A DNA stretch of 62,778 bases, the filler included, from Globobulimina sp. (taxonomy: Eukaryota), in the NCBI GenBank assembly GCA_003354225.1. It is 26 parts of 26 records of this genome, joined end to end, with 100 filler letters (N's around TTAATTAATTAA, not from the genome) between each part and the next. Parts side by side here need not be neighbours in the genome. Positions count along the whole stretch, not along the records: positions 1 to 2,321 come from PIVH01007408.1; positions 2,422 to 4,742 come from PIVH01007409.1; positions 4,843 to 7,162 come from PIVH01007410.1; positions 7,263 to 9,582 come from PIVH01007411.1; positions 9,683 to 12,002 come from PIVH01007412.1; positions 12,103 to 14,422 come from PIVH01007413.1; 20 more parts are not named here. One strand, 5' to 3'. Positions within the stretch are counted from its first letter, which is position 1, and the number at the start of each line of letters is the position of its first letter. The notes beneath the pieces are model-generated. The model was not told where the DNA came from and did not search any database. It saw only the letters and a list, made by a program, of their open reading frames with translations. Of this stretch, positions 1 through 12,421 are shown in pieces. Both the position numbers and the translations under genes were made by a program.

Positions 1-503
1 CTTGTGTCTGTGATATGGCTCTATTTGGTAAATCCGTTTTATTTGCTAACAATAAAAAGGGATATTCCAATGGGCTATCAATGCCTGCCTGACTCACAAA
101 TTTTGTTTTCCAATCTTCAATTTGTCGAAATGAATTATCATCGGTGATATCATACACTAATATGCAGGCATCTGCGCCGCGATAAAAGGCATTTCCTAAC
201 GATTGAAACCTTTCTTGTCCGGCGGTGTCCCATATCTATATAATATACAATATATATATTATATAATGTGCTTTGCTTTGCTTTTGTTTTCCATTCGGTG
301 CTTTACACGCAATTCAACCTAACTTGTAATGTAATGGTTTTGTTATCGATGGTCAATTCTTGTGTATGGAAGTCTGCCCCTATGGTTGATTTGTGTTCTT
401 GGATGAAATTGCCAGTTACATACTGATGTAATAAAGCTGTTTTACCAACTCCTGATTCACCAATAATTATTATTTTCACCAAAACCTTTTTATTACCCGA
501 CAT
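1..503 (-). CDS. RAB7: Rab7-like small GTPase, 3' truncated by window edge; intron 236-323
   Basis: GESGVGKT P-loop, STIGADF effector loop; removing the GT-AG intron gives [30 protein letters not shown] G4 motif follows. Confidence 0.9.
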
Positions 504-1062
504 AGTTTCTTATTTTATTTTATTGCTTCGTATATCTTTTAAAACGAGAGGATTGAGGATTGCTATTTCAAGGTTTTTTTAGTGAAGAAACTTGAAAACC
601 ACACTGATCAGGTACATTAATATAAATAACCAGTCTCCTAAAGTTAAATATGGTTCTCTTTTTTCGCGATTATTCTTGTTGTATCTTCACTTATTATATG
701 TATTGCTTTAAGTTTTACGTTTCATTGGGCTGTATAAATGCTGTACAATGGGGATATCACTTATGTAATTGCTTTGGGAAATTAGATTAGATGAATTTAA
801 CATAAACAATGTGAAAGAAAACCATAAAGTTTAGCAAAAATGGTGTTTTTGGAACACACGTTACTTGCAGAGAAAAAGTAAACAATTTGAATACGTATTT
901 TTATTCCAAAAAATAACCATACAGTGCATTAACTGCATTTGGTATCATCATAATTTGGCGTGGTTATGGCATTTCTATTTAAAAATGCTACTTTTCTAAG
1001 AAATTTCTGTAAATAACATAGATAGTAAAAAAAAAAGGGAAAATGTAATTTATGATATAAAT

Positions 1063-1947
1063 CTATATGAATAGTCCAATATCGCCGAGAGCATCTCCAA
1101 ATTTTATTTTCTGCTCTCTATTGATATAAAAGTCAAAATTTGGAGCTTCAAATATGAAAGCAACCGTAGATCCAAAACTAAAATGTCCAATTTCATCACC
1201 TTTATCATACATTAATTCTTCACCATCATCAAATGACTCTATACATTTTTTATTTGTTTGTTTATACCAAATCTCAGAATCTTGTTGTAGTTGATTTGTG
1301 ATATGATATGGCTCATCTTTCAAATGAATTGATCCGATATTAAATGCACCAACAGGCACATATGCAAAAAATAAATCATCTTTCCAGGTGCCGCTCATTA
1401 CCATCCTCTCATTCAAAGAGAAGAGACCAGGCACACATTTTAACCATGCTCTACGAACCGGGTATAAATCCCCAACAATGTGATTTATACAATCAATTTT
1501 TATTCCATTGGCAGGGGAATGGAATCTATGATAATCGCCTGGCGATAAATAGATTATGGTGTAATATAATTTATTATTTCCATTTACTACATTATTTGTG
1601 CTGCAATTGCTATGATATCCATATAAGAATTGTTTTAATTGGAATGTGACACCTTTTATTTGTTCTAAACTGCGAGTGTCTGGATCGACTTCGCCAAATG
1701 CAACCACTGTGCCGTCAACAGGCGATATTAAATCTGTATCATTCATTATACGCTTTTCTTCTAAACGCCGAGTAAAAAATTCATGAAATGTATGATATTC
1801 TGTTAAGTCTTTTTTTACATCATTCCATTCAATCGGATGCATTTTACCAAACAATGTAAAAATAACTTTCCTCCATTTTCTTGGTATTTTTTTTTCTGTC
1901 AACGGTTTCAATAAACGAGAGGCTGCACGACATGGCAAAATGTTACT
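1063..1947 (-). CDS. PSD: Phosphatidylserine decarboxylase (eukaryotic type), 5' end lost at a chimeric junction
   Basis: EFFTRRL, SPVDG, LEQIKG, YLSPGDYHRFHSP, NERMV, VGAFNIGSI and the FGST autocleavage (pyruvoyl) motif. Confidence 0.92.
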   Translation of the reverse strand, partial: SNILPCRAASRLLKPLTEKKIPRKWRKVIFTLFGKMHPIEWNDVKKDLTEYHTFHEFFTRRLEEKRIMNDTDLISPVDGTVVAFGEVDPDTRSLEQIKGVTFQLKQFLYGYHSNCSTNNVVNGNNKLYYTIIYLSPGDYHRFHSPANGIKIDCINHIVGDLYPVRRAWLKCVPGLFSLNERMVMSGTWKDDLFFAYVPVGAFNIGSIHLKDEPYHITNQLQQDSEIWYKQTNKKCIESFDDGEELMYDKGDEIGHFSFGSTVAFIFEAPNFDFYINREQKIKFGDALGDIGLFI

Positions 1948-2321
1948 GTGCAAAAGCTGTATATCGATGAGCTAAAACGATTCGGTCGATTTCTAATCGG
2001 CTTAGGCGGTAAATCACCATCGGACGATGCCCTGGCCCAGATAATGCTCGATTATGACACTGCCCGTACATCTATTCTCACAGCGGGGGGGTATATGCCT
2101 GCAAGACAATACGCTGAAACAATTGCAGCATTTGGCAGGGATGGCCTTGGCGAAACGTTCCACGATATCACATTACCTGAATCGCAAATCGAAGGAGTGC
2201 CTTTGGCGCTTTTTGGCGGGCCATTAATGAGGCAGGACTTTGATATATTTGACATAGTTGAACAGGCCGGCGGCCATATTGTCCTGGATGCTACTGAAAC
2301 AGGGCAGCGCGGTATGTGTGC
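1948..2321 (+). CDS. Bacterial 2-hydroxyacyl-CoA dehydratase family subunit, internal fragment
   Basis: Abruptly GC-richer segment; GVPLALFGGPL...FDIVEQAGGHIVLDATETGQRGMC resembles the HgdA/B-type dehydratase C-terminal half. Confidence 0.65.
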
Positions 2322-2421
2322 NNNNNNNNNNNNNNNNNNNNNNNNNNNNNNNNNNNNNNNNNNNNTTAATTAATTAANNNNNNNNNNNNNNNNNNNNNNN
2401 NNNNNNNNNNNNNNNNNNNNN
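2322..2421. other. Artificial contig-joining spacer (first of 25 identical 100-nt spacers)
   Basis: 44 N + TTAATTAATTAA (stops in all six frames) + 44 N. Recurs at 4743, 7163, 9583, 12003, 14423, 16843, 19262, 21681, 24100, 26519, 28938, 31357, 33776, 36194, 38612, 41029, 43446, 45863, 48280, 50697, 53114, 55531, 57947 and 60363. Intervening contigs shrink steadily from 2321 to 2316 bp. Confidence 0.98.
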
Positions 2422-3562
2422 AGGCTTTGCCTGGTTTTACTCTTCCGGCGCGACCAATTCTTTGCCTTACCGACGCTTTGCTTATTCCACGAATCCCCAA
2501 TGCTTCAACGCCACCTGACGCGGAGTACACTTTCTGTTTTGACAAACCACAATCTATGACATATACGACATTACTTATCGTTAACGAGGTTTCCGCGATA
2601 TTTGTTGCGATAACGCATTTCCGAGTTGTCTCAATATTGGCTGGCTCATCAAACGCTTTTTGTCTTTCTTTACTTGACAACGAAGCATATAATGGATATA
2701 CTTCGAGTGAAAAATTATAAAATGAATTATTATTACGTTTGTGATGGTTTTTTATCGCTCTCACAACGTTATCAATCTCCTGCTGACCAGTTAGAAATAC
2801 TAAAATGTGTCCATCTGGCCGAGGATTATTCATTCCGCAATCTAAATTAACTGCGTTCTTATCATTATGTATGGCTAATATTGTATCAATCGTCGCTTTT
2901 ATGTAATCGTCAGTTGGTTCATTTAACCAATAATGTTTTATTGGATGTAATGAACCAGGGATTGAGACAATGGGTGGTGAATTAAAGTATTTTTTAAATC
3001 TTTCTGTGTCCAAAGTAGCACTCATTATAACTAAACGCAAACCGTTTTTATTCTTTAGCTGCACGATTTTCTTTAAGTATCCCATTAATAAATCTGCATT
3101 TACTGTTCGTTCATGAGCTTCGTCAATAATCACCACCTTATATCCTGAGAAATTATCACTGTTCATTGCTTTTCGCAGTAGTACTCCTTCAGTCATATAT
3201 TCCAATTTTGTAACACCAGCTGTGACTTTCCGATCGAAACGGATATGGAATCCAACGGTTGTTCCTAAATCAGAGTCTTGTTCTTGTGCTACTCGCAAAG
3301 CCACAGAGGTTGCCGCTACTGTTCGTGGTTGAGTGCATACAATTTTATTCGATGGTGTTACGTCTTGCCATTCTAATAAATATTGTGGTATTTGTGTTGT
3401 TTTACCGCTTCCTGTCTCCCCAACAATTAGTGTAATTAAATTATTTTTTATCGATGATAAAATCTCTTCTTTATATTTAAAAACTGGCAACTTTTGTTGA
3501 TCAAATTTGAGTTTGGCGTGCATATAATTCCGATTTTTATTGGCGTGATAATTCATTCTCAT
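2422..3562 (-). CDS. DEAH-box RNA helicase (Prp43/Prp22-like), 3' truncated
   Basis: GETGSGKTTQ, TQPR, DEAHER, SAT, LVFLTGQQEI, ATNIAETSLTI, QRIGRAGRV. Confidence 0.95.
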
Positions 3563-3772
3563 TTTACGACAATCCTGACTGTCAGTTGTGTGGTGCAAAA
3601 AGTTTCGGTTTTCTTTTTTTTCAGCATTACGATCGCATTACTAAAAATGTAAAGATTTAAGAAACAGTTTTCTTGTTAAAAAAAAAAAAGTGAATAAATA
3701 AAAAAAGTTGATTGCTAAGGACGGCATAGAAAGATATATGATATGAAAATCATGCATTACAAAGAAATTCAA

Positions 3773-4742
3773 TTAAATTTGTGAAGCTTGAAACAATATT
3801 TTTTGTCGATGACTAATATTCTGAATGCCAATGCCAATTAATTGTTGATCAGTGATTTGACTTATTTTATATGCGGAATCATATCCATTTAAAACAAAGA
3901 ATTTAATATATTTATGTGTATCTTCGTCATCAGCAATACATACTCTTTCATTAAAAAAATTAACAACCCCTTCATATTCCTTATCATTCAATAAATTAAT
4001 CGCTCCGCCACCTTCAATACCATTCGTTTTAACACGCTTTAAATCTGGGTTTTGCCACTGCGTTTTTTTTGTAATATTATTTTGATAATATACCTTTCCA
4101 TCATCAGTTATAGCTTTATTCCATCCGTACGCCAATCCAACACAATCTTCGTTATTTACTGATGACATTTTAGGTGCAGAAGGTATAATATTTGCATATT
4201 GTAAAACTTGTGCGTTTGATACCAAAGGAGCAGAATAATGCATTTTTGGCATATTTTGCATTGGAACATAATGATCATTGGGTGCTTGGTCTTCCTTATT
4301 AATCCTTTTTGATTTGCAACAAGCACAATAGACACAAATAATTGTTAATAATAAACATATTAATATTGCAGCAAGACATACTGCAATCATTTGTGCAGTC
4401 CATTGTATATTTTGTATGTAGGTTATAACGGAGTGAGTAATATTTCTGTCGGTATTATTAGCATCATTTTGATCGGTAAGAAATGTATTACATTGCCATA
4501 TGAGTTGAGGATTACAATATGGATTTTCTGTATTCATTCCAAATATATTTTCTGTATTCATTCCAAATCCTTGACAATCCAACGAATTATATCTAAATAT
4601 ATAACCATTATTGTACCCATCACATTGTGCCATAAAACTGGAATTTTGTGCATTAAAGCATTTATTTACAATTATTATGATTTCATTACGATATATTGTG
4701 CCGTTACCATCGCATGATGTAAATATAAGAGTTGCAGCGTTA
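3773..4742 (-). CDS. Single-pass membrane protein with cytoplasmic WW and SAM-like domains, 5' truncated
   Basis: Cys-rich ectodomain remnant; TM helix (IAVCLAAILICLLLTIICVY); LAYGWNKAITDDGKVYYQNNITKKTQWQNP (WW); YIKFFVLNGYD...LIGIGIQNISHRQKIL (SAM-like). Confidence 0.8.
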
Positions 4743-4842
4743 NNNNNNNNNNNNNNNNNNNNNNNNNNNNNNNNNNNNNNNNNNNNTTAATTAATTAANN
4801 NNNNNNNNNNNNNNNNNNNNNNNNNNNNNNNNNNNNNNNNNN

Positions 4843-5323
4843 GATCACCCTACTCAGACGGGCTTCCCTGGTTCCCTTGCTGGTACTCAAGCATCCACGT
4901 TTAGGCTTCGATGTTCGGACACCCAACAGCGGTCCGCTGCTCCCTCAGACATTCGCGGAGTAGCTGATTGTTCCACGAATCTTACGAGGAGCCCCGTCAT
5001 TGGGGCGGTCGCAGATGCTGTCTGCTTCCGCCCGTCTGAGTCATTCCCTAGTCCAGGGCAGAACTCCTGGACGACCTCAGTGTTCACGGAAATGAGGGGT
5101 CTGTTTCCCGAAGGTGTTCATCGATTCCTGTTAGTAGCCATGCGTGGACTCTACCTTGCGAAACTGCCACGACTATGAGGTCTCGCCTGTGTTCCGCGTT
5201 GTCGGGAGAGTTTTCTGGCCGATAGATTCACGCGTTTTCCATCAACGTACTCCCTAGGTACAAGTGACCGACCAGACGGTCACGGTTCATAGTCCAAGCA
5301 TAGCCGTTCCCAATTTGAAACAC
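4843..5323 (-). mobile_element. Highly structured GC-rich RNA-like segment, probably the 5' part (domain I) of a bacterial group II intron
   Basis: No credible ORF. Perfect 12-bp long-range complement 4852-4863/5030-5041; hairpins at 4991-5006, 5011-5025, 5051-5072 and 5264-5283. Minus strand has GAAGCCTAAACG and GGGAACCAGGGAAGCCCG, reminiscent of the 3' end of group IIB domain I. Domains V/VI are not in the contig. Confidence 0.5.
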
Positions 5324-5386
5324 GGTACTTTTCATCATACTTGCTTTATAATAAAAGTTAAGTTAAGTTAAGAACCAAAGGCTAAA

Positions 5387-6349
5387 TTAGAAATCAAAGT
5401 ATTTCTTTGTCACTTTTTGTCCGGATTTTCGGTATGTTATGCCAGCAACAAAAGCAATCAACACTACTAATTGCATCACGCGACTTCTTCCTGATCTGTC
5501 AATAAATTCTTGTTGTTCAGTAATGTAATTTTTTAAATCATGATTTTTATGTTTTAATTTTGTATATTTATGTTCTTGATGAGATAATTGCTTTTGTAGT
5601 TGTTGAGTCATATCGTTTATATCTCGGAGTTTCTCAGTGTTGTCATCATTTTTTGAGTTTAAATTATTTATTTCTTTTAACAGTTCATTTATTTTTTCTT
5701 GTTGTTTTTCATCAGAAACGTTTGTTGCAGATACTGTAACATGTTGAGAATAATTATTAACCTGAATATGTTTCTGTGTTCTTTCAATTGTTGGAAACAA
5801 TGGTATTTCTACACCCTTTCGTCGCAATTGTTCAATGACAGCTTCCAATGCTAGCAACTTGCAATGATATTTCTCGATGGTTTGCCTGAAATGTTCAATC
5901 TCTGTTTGATTGAGCCTGTCTTTGTTGACGTTACTGTTTAATAAATTCAATCTGCGTTGGTTTTTTTCAATTTGCTGTGTTAGTTTTTCCGATAAATCAT
6001 AATTTTCTTCTTTTAATTCTTCAATTTGACCCATCATTTTCGATAACATATTGTGATCTGTCCCAGAATGCCGCACCTGAACTTTTAACTGTTCCTCAAC
6101 TGTTTCTAATTCCAACTGTAAGTGTTCTTTGTCACATTGTAATCTTATTTCATTTTCGACCATTTCTTTTCTTTGACACTTTAAATCCGTGAAAATGTTT
6201 AAATTGTCTGATATTATTTGTTCAAACTGCTTTGCTAAATTTCGTGTTTCTTCACATCCATTCAAAAGATTCGCCTCTTCACATAATGAATTGAACGCTG
6301 TTTGAATTTCATTCATCAACGCTTCTCCAGCTTCAATGTATGAATTCAT
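5387..6349 (-). CDS. Coiled-coil, tail-anchored membrane protein
   Basis: 320-aa E/K/Q/L heptad-rich ORF ending in a hydrophobic helix (LVVLIAFVAGITY) and a basic tail. Confidence 0.7.
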   Translation of the reverse strand: MNSYIEAGEALMNEIQTAFNSLCEEANLLNGCEETRNLAKQFEQIISDNLNIFTDLKCQRKEMVENEIRLQCDKEHLQLELETVEEQLKVQVRHSGTDHNMLSKMMGQIEELKEENYDLSEKLTQQIEKNQRRLNLLNSNVNKDRLNQTEIEHFRQTIEKYHCKLLALEAVIEQLRRKGVEIPLFPTIERTQKHIQVNNYSQHVTVSATNVSDEKQQEKINELLKEINNLNSKNDDNTEKLRDINDMTQQLQKQLSHQEHKYTKLKHKNHDLKNYITEQQEFIDRSGRSRVMQLVVLIAFVAGITYRKSGQKVTKKYFDF

Positions 6350-6790
6350 GTTTGTACAAAACTATTCTTTATTTTGATAGTACTTTAGGGGCTAATTTAC
6401 GGTAATTATGCTATATAAATAGCGGTAATTAATCATAATTTATATTATGATTATAAAGTATTTCAGTTTTCTGTGCGATAATAAATAATGTTTATTGCAT
6501 GGCAAACATTGCTAAGCCACTGACGATCTCATAATCAGATTTCAAATATGAACACAACTTCTCACAAAAACGGATCACTTCAAAATGATATTGTTTTGAC
6601 TGTGGTGCTGATACGTCATCTGCTGCTTCTGTGTTTGATATGAAAGTATTGTTTCTCAAATTGGGAGCAGAATTGGGTAATGTTTGTAAAACTGAATTGC
6701 CATTAGACTTTTGTTGACCTACTAGTACTACGGTTTGTTTGATGAAAGTTTTTGATTGAAGTTCAGACTTTGGTTGGAACCTGGCTTAGT

Positions 6791-7162
<372 letters not shown>

Positions 7163-7262
7163 NNNNNNNNNNNNNNNNNNNNNNNNNNNNNNNNNNNNNN
7201 NNNNNNTTAATTAATTAANNNNNNNNNNNNNNNNNNNNNNNNNNNNNNNNNNNNNNNNNNNN

Positions 7263-7663
7263 CTCCTTATTATCATTATTTTGTGCATTTAGTTGCTGTT
7301 TTAACGCATTGATTTCGTCGTCTCTTTGTTTTAATTCTTGTTCGAGCTGAGCTATTCTGTTGAAATTCTTTGCTTCGTCCTTTTTAATAATATTATTAAT
7401 CAAAATCATATTATTAATTAAATGCGAATGTGCGTAAAAACAAGATATTATCACTAAACGTTTACATTTTGAACATTTGCACCTAAAAAATTTCGGATAT
7501 AATCCAATGCATTTTCAGGACGGTCAGGATTTTCATATAAGGACACTAATAATTTTGTTAATTGATCAATAACGCCTGCCTTTTCTAAATATTTTTGAAA
7601 CTCTTCTTTGCGTGGTATATCTTTTAATATTTCCACTTTTGGTTCGTTTGCGTTCTGAGACAT
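7263..7663 (-). CDS. MYCBP: c-Myc-binding protein (AMY-1) homologue; intron 7380-7465
   Basis: RKEEFQKYLEKAGVIDQLTKLLVSLYENPDRPENALDYIRNFLG, followed after a GT-AG intron by a coiled coil. Confidence 0.88.
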
Positions 7664-7788
7664 GCCCAAGTTTCTGGTTTCAACGCTCCTCCTGTCGATA
7701 CTTGATGCTTCAACAGAGAATGTGCTTGAATTCACGGTTAAGTTTTCCACAAAAAAAAACCCAAAAAAAACATCCAAATTCTTTGTAA

Positions 7789-9582
7789 ATGGCATCTAAA
7801 GGTCTTATCGAGTTTGCACAAAGAGCAGATGATGCTGAATGTATTTTGGCTACAATCCAAGCTCAAATAGATTACTTATCCACAATTAATGTGCAACAAA
7901 CTTCATCAAACAATAAGCAAGAAACAGAAATCGAAATTGAAGATTTAATCCTAAAAGAATTAGATGAAGAAAAATGCATTGATATTGATTCCAGAGATTT
8001 TGCTCGAAAATACAATGTGGATAAAAATGATATTTATGGCGCCTGCAATGCATTGGAAGCTGAACATTATATTATAAAAAAACAGAAAAAATGTCTTGCA
8101 AAAACAGTTGTTTCCAGCGAATGTATTAAATATATTACAAATGGTTCGCCAGAATGTCAATTAATCGATCTTTTATCACAACTCTTTCACAACGATTGTC
8201 AGCAAATATCATTTGATATTATTAATAAAAACAAAACCAACGATTTAAAAAATGATAAAATATTCAATATTGCAAAAAATAAAGCATGTAAAAACAAATG
8301 GATCAAAGTGAATAAAAAACAGCAAACAATTGAAAAACTGGTATAAAATCTATCAGAAATTTCTGGAATAATTAACTGACAAAAAAAATACTAAACAGGT
8401 ACCATCCGTACACGATGACATCCAGCAACAATTAATTGCGATCCAATCCAACAATGATATTTCGCAATTCCCGCCAAAAGTGGTCAAAGAATTGAAATCT
8501 CGCAAATTGTTGGAATCGAAAGCAACTAAATATTACATTATATCTCGTGGGGAATGCTATGCATCCAAACGAAGGCCACAAACCAACAAAATTACCTTAG
8601 ATATTTTAGATAAACATTTAAATCTAGAATCGAATGAATGGACGGGCCCAGCTATAAAAGCTTTGAATTTCAATGCCAAAGGTCAGACATTGTCGTATGG
8701 CTCGTTCCATCCCTTAATGAAAATGCGCGGCGAGATGCGGCGAATCTTATTAGATATGGGATTTGAAGAAATGGAGACCAATCGCTTCGTTGAATCCTCC
8801 TTTTGGAATTTTGATGCCTTATTTCAACCGCAACAGCATCCCGCCAGAGACGCCCACGACACCTTCTTTTTAGACCAACCAAAACAATGCAATGTGGCGG
8901 ATAAATATGGTGAATATATGAAAAGGGTGGCAAAAACACATAGTGCTGGCGGCTATGGCTCCATTGGCTGGAGATATGACTGGAAACAAAGTGAAGCAAA
9001 TAAGAATTTATTACGTACGCACACTACCGCAGTATCTTCGCGTACCTTATTTAAATTAGCACAGTTAAAACCATTTAAACCCGCAAAATATCTTAGTATT
9101 GATCGGGTGTTTAGAAATGAATCGATTGATGCTACGCATTTAGCGGAATTTCATCAGGTGGAAGGATTTGTGGCTGATTATGATTTAACTTTGGGCCATT
9201 TATTGGGTGTTATTGGTGAGTTTTTTAAGCGGATTGGAATTCCAAATGTGCGATTTAAACCGGCGTATAATCCATACACAGAGCCATCAATGGAGATATT
9301 TGGATGGAGCAATGAGAGACAAGATTGGATTGAGGTTGGTAATTCGGGTGTATTTAGACCGGAAATGTTGGAACCAATGGGTTTGCCGAAAAATGTTAAA
9401 GTTATTGCATGGGGTTTAGGCTTAGAAAGACCATGTATGATTGCTACGGGTGTTAAGGATATAAGGGAACTATTTGGACCACGGGTCGATATAAATATGG
9501 TTAAAACATTCCCCATTGTTCGATATGATGATACTGCAAAAACACAACAGCGGAAAGATAACAAAAAGAAAAACCAAGGCTT
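7789..9582 (+). CDS. FARSA: Cytosolic phenylalanyl-tRNA synthetase alpha subunit; intron 8341-8398; extreme 3' end truncated
   Basis: GSPE winged-helix region, [69 protein letters not shown]. Confidence 0.96.
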
Positions 9583-10135
9583 NNNNNNNNNNNNNNNNNN
9601 NNNNNNNNNNNNNNNNNNNNNNNNNNTTAATTAATTAANNNNNNNNNNNNNNNNNNNNNNNNNNNNNNNNNNNNNNNNNNNNATAAGAAATAATCAATTA
9701 ATATTCCAACAAAATGGATGGAATTTACATCATTCAACATATCATCATCCAAAACGGGGAATTGCTTCAAAGAATTGCTTACTTATTACACCACAATAAA
9801 CTTATTAATGTTCTGTTACACTTTTTTGCTTTTTTTTTTGTTTGGTTTTCTGCTTTTTCTTACGTAAATTTTTTGTTTGTTTTTCTACCAAAAAAAAATA
9901 GAATTTATTAGTAAATTCTGTTGTGTGTTGTTTGTGTTGTTTTGTGACGTTTCATGCATGTACTTATATAATTTTATGGTATTCTTTGTTTGAACTTTTT
10001 TTATTGTTTTCTTGCTGTTTTCAACTTACTTATGTTTAATATTTTTTTCTTGTAATTTTTGTTTTTTTTGATATAGATCCTCCAAAATGGTAGAAGAACA
10101 ATAGAACATTCTTGCTGCAAAAACCTTGTTTAACA

Positions 10136-12002
10136 ATGCTAACTGTTGCTGTTCGGTTTCGACCCGAATCCCAGAGACAACAACACAGCCACCATGACAT
10201 TGGCGACAACAAACAACAAGAAGACGAAAATAAATTGAATTACGAAGATATGGACCGAACAACAATTCAAGTTTCTGTGGAAAACAATTATATTCGAATA
10301 AACAACGAATTTAATTTGTACTTTGATCATGTATTAGGGAGCCAATCATTTCAAGATGATATCTTCAGTGCATCCATGCGTTCCAAAGCCGACGACTTCT
10401 TACACGGTAACAACTGTTGCATCCTAACGTATGGCGCCAAAGCAGCAGGAAAATCATATACAATGTTTGGCAAATTACAAAATAAAAATGCAGTCTCGCA
10501 TTTAGGTATATTGCCACGTTCGATATCATATATAATCGAGAAATTACATTCGTTTTACAAGGATAAAAAAGTCAAAGATATGGATTGGAATTTATTCATT
10601 TCATTCGGCAACATTTATAACGACACAATAACCGATTTAATCGACATGGAAAATACAAAAAATATCCATTTGAAGAAAAATAAAAAAACAAATGAATATT
10701 ACCTCAAAAATTTGTCCCAAATAAAAATCAAAAAAATCTCCTCGTTTCTAAAAAATATGCATTTAGCACACAACAATCGTAATTTATATTTCTCCCAACA
10801 TGACAATATCACACAGCGCTGCCATTTTTTTGCTGTTATTAAGCTAAACATATACAAAATAAACCAAATCACTGCAGAAAAAGTGAAAATCTCTTGTAAT
10901 ATCTTGAACTTTATAGACTGTGCAAGTTATCCGCAAATTAATTATAAACCGTTGTCGCAAAATGATAGCATCGATTATCAGCACTTAAACTTTTCCTTTA
11001 TACAATTAAACGCTTTGATGACACGTATTGCCAAGAAAAACGACCTCACCATCGATCATCGAGAGAGTAAATTAACGAAATTATTGTATCCAATCCGCAA
11101 AAACGGTTCTGGCAAATTGTTGATGATAATCAATTGCACTTTAAATCCGTTTTTGAGAGCAGAGACAATGGCAACTTTACGCTTTGGTAACTTACCGACA
11201 GTGGATCCATTTATTTTGAGTATGATGGAGAAACAGCGACATAAAATCAAAAAGCTAGAGCAAAAGAATAAAGAATTAAAAGTCAGACTGAAAACTCTAA
11301 AACAAAAGCGTCGAAATGCAGATGTTTGTAGTACGCAAGTCGAGAGCTTGAAAGTCGAAAATGAAGCGTTGACGAGGAAAAATAATGAATATTTTGTGTA
11401 TCAGAACAAGTTTGAAGGGCTAGTGAGCGAATATGAATTGTTAAAATTGGATTATGCGTCGATGAAAAAAGAACTATATACGCAGAAAAATCATAATTTT
11501 TGGTTGATGGAAGATTACAATGATTTGAAAGTGAAATATGACAATATTTGCAATGGCGAGGATATAAAAAAAAATCAATTAGTAAATAAGGAACAGGTTT
11601 GAAGTGTTTCTGTTTTTTGATATATACAAATTAAAAAACTGCAAACTTGCTCAGGAAAAGGGCCAAATTGGAAATCTATTGAAGGAAATTCGCAGTTTGC
11701 GAGAGGAAAAGCGAGAACATGAGATGTTGCTACATGCGGCAGACAATAAATTATCAGAATACGAGTCCGAAATTGACGAATATGAGAAAGAATTAGCAAT
11801 ACGGAATGATGAGATACGGGAATTGCGCGAGGAAAAGGTATATATGAATGGAAGTAATAATACCATTGTCAGCAAATTGAGGAATAAAAAAAATAAATTG
11901 GAAGAAAAAGTGATAAATTTGCGAGCCGAAAAGGCCAAAGATTTGGTAAAGTTTAATAAGGAGCGCCATGTGATGGAAGCGGAGGTTTTCAAATTACAGA
12001 CT
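10136..12002 (+). CDS. Divergent kinesin motor domain with coiled-coil stalk; intron 11597-11654
   Basis: VAVRFRP, FDHV, YGAKAAGKSYTMFG, GILPRS, HRESKLTKLL, ETMATLRFG. Switch motifs are degenerate. Confidence 0.88.
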
Positions 12003-12421
12003 NNNNNNNNNNNNNNNNNNNNNNNNNNNNNNNNNNNNNNNNNNNNTTAATTAATTAANNNNNNNNNNNNNNNNNNNNNNNNNNNNNNNNNNNNNNNNNN
12101 NNAAATCGCGCGTAGACCGCACAACTTTGCGCATGGTGCCGCTGGCACAGTTTTTCTGCATCGCCTGTTGCTGCTGAATGCGAGTGATAATATAATTGGA
12201 ATCCGCCAACGTGATTTGAATTCAATTTTGGATGCGGAGATAAAGTGAATTAAATTAAATTGTGACAAAGAATTAGGGATGGAATTAATAAATAAAATTA
12301 ATTAATTAATTAAATTAAATAAGATGATTAAAAAAATACTGTCAAAAATATAAGTAGTTATAATTAAATAATAATTTTGTACGTTAATTTTCTATACGTT
12401 AATAACTGTTAAAATATTCTA

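Noticed and set aside
1948-2321. Genuine HGT of the bacterial dehydratase, cytochrome or LamG genes into the protist
   Set aside because: They are fragments with sharp composition shifts that truncate neighbouring genes mid-frame; chimerism is the simpler explanation.
2366-2377. Regularly spaced TTAATTAATTAA palindromes as a biological repeat or array
   Set aside because: Always embedded in 44-N flanks between length-sorted contigs; an artificial six-frame-stop linker. ORF-track entries ending in X...N or LIN are artefacts of it.
4522-4570. 24-bp tandem duplication (GMNTENIF/GMNTENP), plus a similar short duplication near 42367-42410
   Set aside because: Ordinary in-frame slippage duplications with no further structure.
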